From positions 248,001 to 312,000 of the forward strand of contig JBDOQK010000032.1 of the NCBI GenBank assembly GCA_040437565.1: a stretch of 64,000 bases of DNA. Reading direction: 5' to 3'. The position numbers were made by a program, and so were the translations under genes. The notes under the pieces were generated by a model. It was not told where the DNA came from. It worked only from the letters and a program-made list of their open reading frames with translations, and searched no databases. Below are positions 60,527 through 64,000 of the stretch, one piece after another. The stretch is from Albugo candida. Its lineage: Eukaryota. Each line of letters begins with the position of its first letter. Within the stretch, counting starts at the first letter, position 1.

Positions 60527-63476
60527 TCACATTGTTTGCCGATCCGTTGTCGAGAGCGCGTTACACGCCGTAAGCACGCGCAATACTTCATCTGGGTCCT
60601 CGACATAATACTGCGCGCGACTCACTTTATGTCCAACTGTCACAGTGTAGCTGTTACTTCCTTGAACCACATTGAACATATCTTCATCCGTGCGCTCGTC
60701 GCCGACCGATAGGATGAAATCAAAGGACGACGGGGAAAAGTATGGCGACTCACATTCGTATTCCAAAATCCGACTCACCGCGCGTCCTTTATTGACACGC
60801 CAGGGCCGAATTGTCACATATTTTTTGATACGGCACATAACCACTGCAACAGGTCGATCTCGAAGCATTTGGTCAAAGTGTAATTGCATGTTTTTCGCCT
60901 GCTTCAGCCCAAAAGCAGAATCCGCGTCGCGAAAGTGCCAGGTGCAGGAACAGTCTTTGATATCGAGCAGTGATCCCGGTGTGCGTTCGGTAAAATGCTC
61001 CAAAATCATTTCCACATCGTGCCGCCACTCCAATTCCACATCGCTAAACATACACTGCCATGGCTGCGCTTCAGGTACCGAAAACTCTTCCTTGTGATTG
61101 AATGGAGCGAATGAACGAGTACTACTTCGATCCTCTTCATCCGAGGAATCCTGCGCGACTGTTCCACCGGCTGTTGTTGCTACCGATGCTACTGACATTG
61201 TGGAGGACGGCCGCGCGGGATCCGATGAAGGGGCTAAATGTCGGGCTTCAGAAATGTTAAACGAAGTCGGGGTTGCTCCATCTAATGGAGAGTCGGGTGA
61301 GTTATCCGCTTCATCAATTGGATCAGGAATATTGTTGATGACAGGGCGTTGCATCCTGTCACTTGCTGGTACGGGTGAGAATCTTGCAGCTGGACGAAAC
61401 CAAAATCCGTGTTCGCCCGCCAGTCCGACGCGTGCAAGATGCCCATACCACTTTTCAAGCCAGTATTTCGTTCGACCACTGATGATGTATACTGAATTAC
61501 GTGGGTCCGCCGACAATTCCTCCAGACATGCCAATACAGCAGCACTTGGCTCTGCGAGCTCAGACATACTCTTGTAATCGTTCAAGGTACCATCATGATC
61601 CAACAGAAACAAACGTCGCTGGCTACGTTCATAATAGCCAAGTAGCTGTGCAGTATCCAGCTTCTCCAAACGATTGTAATCTTTCGCCATCGCTGCTGCT
61701 TGATTCAGCGCCGACATGATGCGTTGAGACCACAATGTCGAAGTATAAGTGTTCACGTATCGCGATAATTGTTCGTGTCGAATCCGTTTGGTAGTCGGGT
61801 TCATTTTCAATGCGGTATCAATGCTGGCTGCCACTTGTTCGATATGCATTGGGTTGACCAGAAGAGCTCCTTGGAAGGAAGAAGCACATCTACGCGACAC
61901 AAAATAAGCTGGAAATCACTAAAGTATACCCCAAAATGGCTATCTTACCCGGCGAACTCGCTGTATACAAGCACTCCATGTCCAGTGTCTTTCTGTGAAG
62001 CGACAAATTCCATCGCCTGCAGATTGATACCTTCCTTGATGCTGCTAACGATCGCGACATCGGCCACGTTATATAAGGCGATCAGTTGTTCCAGTGGAAT
62101 AGCCCGCTTGAAATATCGTATCGGGCAGTATTCAGCAGTTCCAAATTTCCCATTCACCTTCCCAACCAATTCATCGACTTGCCGACTCAAAATCTTGTAT
62201 TGACATGAAGCGGTTCGACCGTAATCTCGAACAATTGCAAACAGCTGTACTTCACCGCGATATTCCGGATAATGTTGTAACAAGTAATCCATTGCTTCAA
62301 GCATTTCCAGAATTCCTTTGCAAAAGTCGAGTGTATGTACACCAACCAGAATTTTCATGTTCTTTTGCTTCTGCTTCTCCAACCGAGCGACTTGGTCTTT
62401 GATACTCGGCGTGATTGCATACTTTGGCGGATCAATGCCCATCGGACAGATTCCAAGCGACACCAATCGACCGTTATATTCCACTCGGCTCGGAGAAGAT
62501 TCCAATCCAAGCATACGGGTGCAGGCGTTTAGGAAGTGACGAACATAGTCAAAGTGATTGAATACGACAAGATCCGCTCCAAGTACTCCTTGTAGCAGCG
62601 ATTCTCTTGCTGAAAGCATTTGAAAGAACTCCGATGACGGGAATGGGCAGTGGAGGTAGAATGCGCATGTAATTTCGGGAAAACGACGTCGTAAAAGTGC
62701 AGGAAGATGCATCAATTGGTAATCAGCGACAAGAACCAAATCACCATCCTTGTATACTTCCGACACTACCTATACACCACAAATTGATTAAAGAGTCGGG
62801 AAAAAAGAAGATTGCACTACCTCAAGGAATTTCTGATTGGCAAGACAGTAAGCTTCATATTTCTCATGGAAGTTCTCCAGCAGCCGGTTATCGGAGCGCT
62901 GGGAAAGCGAATGAAAAAGCGGCCATAAAGTCTCATTACAAAACTACATGTGAACGTATGATGTTATATCCTTTTTGAGAACATTGATTCTAGCATATTA
63001 TAACAGCATACCTGATTATAAAATAGATCCAATATATCATTGGATAAAAATACTGGATGACAATTAAACTCGGATTCCAATTTCCGTCGAACACCATCTT
63101 GACTCGACTCATCGACTACAGCACCCGGCCATGTGATCCATTCGACGGTATTGCGTTTTGCGAGGTAATCGATCGCACTTCTGAAACCCGTTTCTGATAA
63201 AATGTATTGCCACGCATCATCATCTTGCGTTTTCACCATCCGTAAGCACCGTCGCACCGAGCAAACAATAATCTTGTTTGTCTCGTGTGCCATAGGAACG
63301 GGGCCAGTATTCCGGGCACTTGCATTGTACCGCTGTGAACTCTGACGCACTTCGGCCAATCTGCGATGTAGATCTTGCAATTGATCCAATAAGTTGCTTT
63401 CACCTGATGTCCCTGAATTGCTTCCTTTACTCGCGCTACTTGCAACATTTTTATCAGCACCTTCCATTGTATGCAT
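60527..63476 (-). CDS. Trehalose-6-phosphate synthase/phosphatase bifunctional-type protein; about 3 introns
   Basis: GT20 domain (WITWPG, DYQLM.LP, FYLHCPFPSSE.F, LGADL..F, YSEFAG, ALLVNP) plus HAD TPP domain (LDHDGTL, ISGR, GEHG, NKG, GDERTDEDMF). Confidence 0.93.
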
Positions 63477-63662
63477 GTCAAATAGCGCAGAAAAGATTGG
63501 GCGAGATCTTTTTATGTAAAAGTAGAAAAATACCTTCTCCAAGCGCTAAATAAGGTGAGCACACAATCTGCCACTTTTGTATTTCTAGAAGGCTTCGATA
63601 TTTCCTATAGTATAGTACATAGTGTGATGCCACATCATATCCTATAGTATAATCTGCTTGTC

Positions 63663-64000
63663 ATGGCAATGAAGCGTGCGCGTCCATCGAAAAATGCTAG
63701 CAAAGGCTCCGCACGAATGGCTGCAACTTCAATGAGTCAGAAAGAACAAAGTGTTGCAAAACGTCAAGAGGATAGGAAAAGGCTGCGTATACGTCAACTT
63801 GAGCGATCGTATGAGAAGCTTGAATACAGTTTGAAGCACACACCTCGGAACAAACGACTACCCGAGAAAAAGAAGCCACATGGACCGAAATTGCCTCATG
63901 AATGGAAATTGAAGGGTGCTGCGCGTAGTGCAGCTTTATTAGCACGAATTGAAGCTGGTGAACTCAATGAGTATGGGGAAGAACTGCCAAAACCCGAAGA
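63663..64000 (+). CDS. Hypothetical basic protein, 3'-partial
   Basis: Frame open from ATG 63663 to the window end (MAMKRARPSK...EWKLKGAARSA...), divergent from the TPS gene. Confidence 0.65.
   Translation, partial: MAMKRARPSKNASKGSARMAATSMSQKEQSVAKRQEDRKRLRIRQLERSYEKLEYSLKHTPRNKRLPEKKKPHGPKLPHEWKLKGAARSAALLARIEAGELNEYGEELPKPE

Overview
Eukaryotic, intron-containing DNA that looks like an oomycete genome. The short 50-70 nt introns, very tight gene spacing and the oomycete-type copia, gypsy and LINE families suggest an Albugo-like compact genome (inference). The window has three zones. (1) A gene-dense block at 1-25.5 kb: M1 aminopeptidase, acyl-CoA synthetase, VOC protein, tRNA-Gly, LPA1-like P-loop kinase, ANK-FYVE-TPR protein, RNase III, CHZ protein, RPL37, AFG1, ZIP transporter, RPL12, NDUFS7, a CFAP141-like gene and a DUF4442 pseudogene. 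(2) A transposon graveyard at about 27-56 kb: two copia remnants, a gypsy LTR+gag, LINE ORF1 pieces, nested TIR elements, a tRNA-derived SINE head, a decayed glucosidase II gene and one intact secreted effector-like gene. (3) A second gene-dense block at 57-64 kb: MYB, cereblon, NDPK, TPS/TPP. Five of the eight 100-N gaps are flanked by long exact duplications and a sixth by a short overlap; these are scaffolding artefacts. The most notable observations are a catalytically degenerate lumazine-synthase-fold protein bracketed by both SPIRAL1/Jupiter-type microtubule-binding motifs (18617-19531), a box C/D snoRNA with compensatory non-canonical boxes and an 18S guide just downstream of RPL12, and a secreted pepsin-lobe-like pseudoenzyme ending in a CaaX-like motif. 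All family assignments come from motif recognition by eye; no searches were run.
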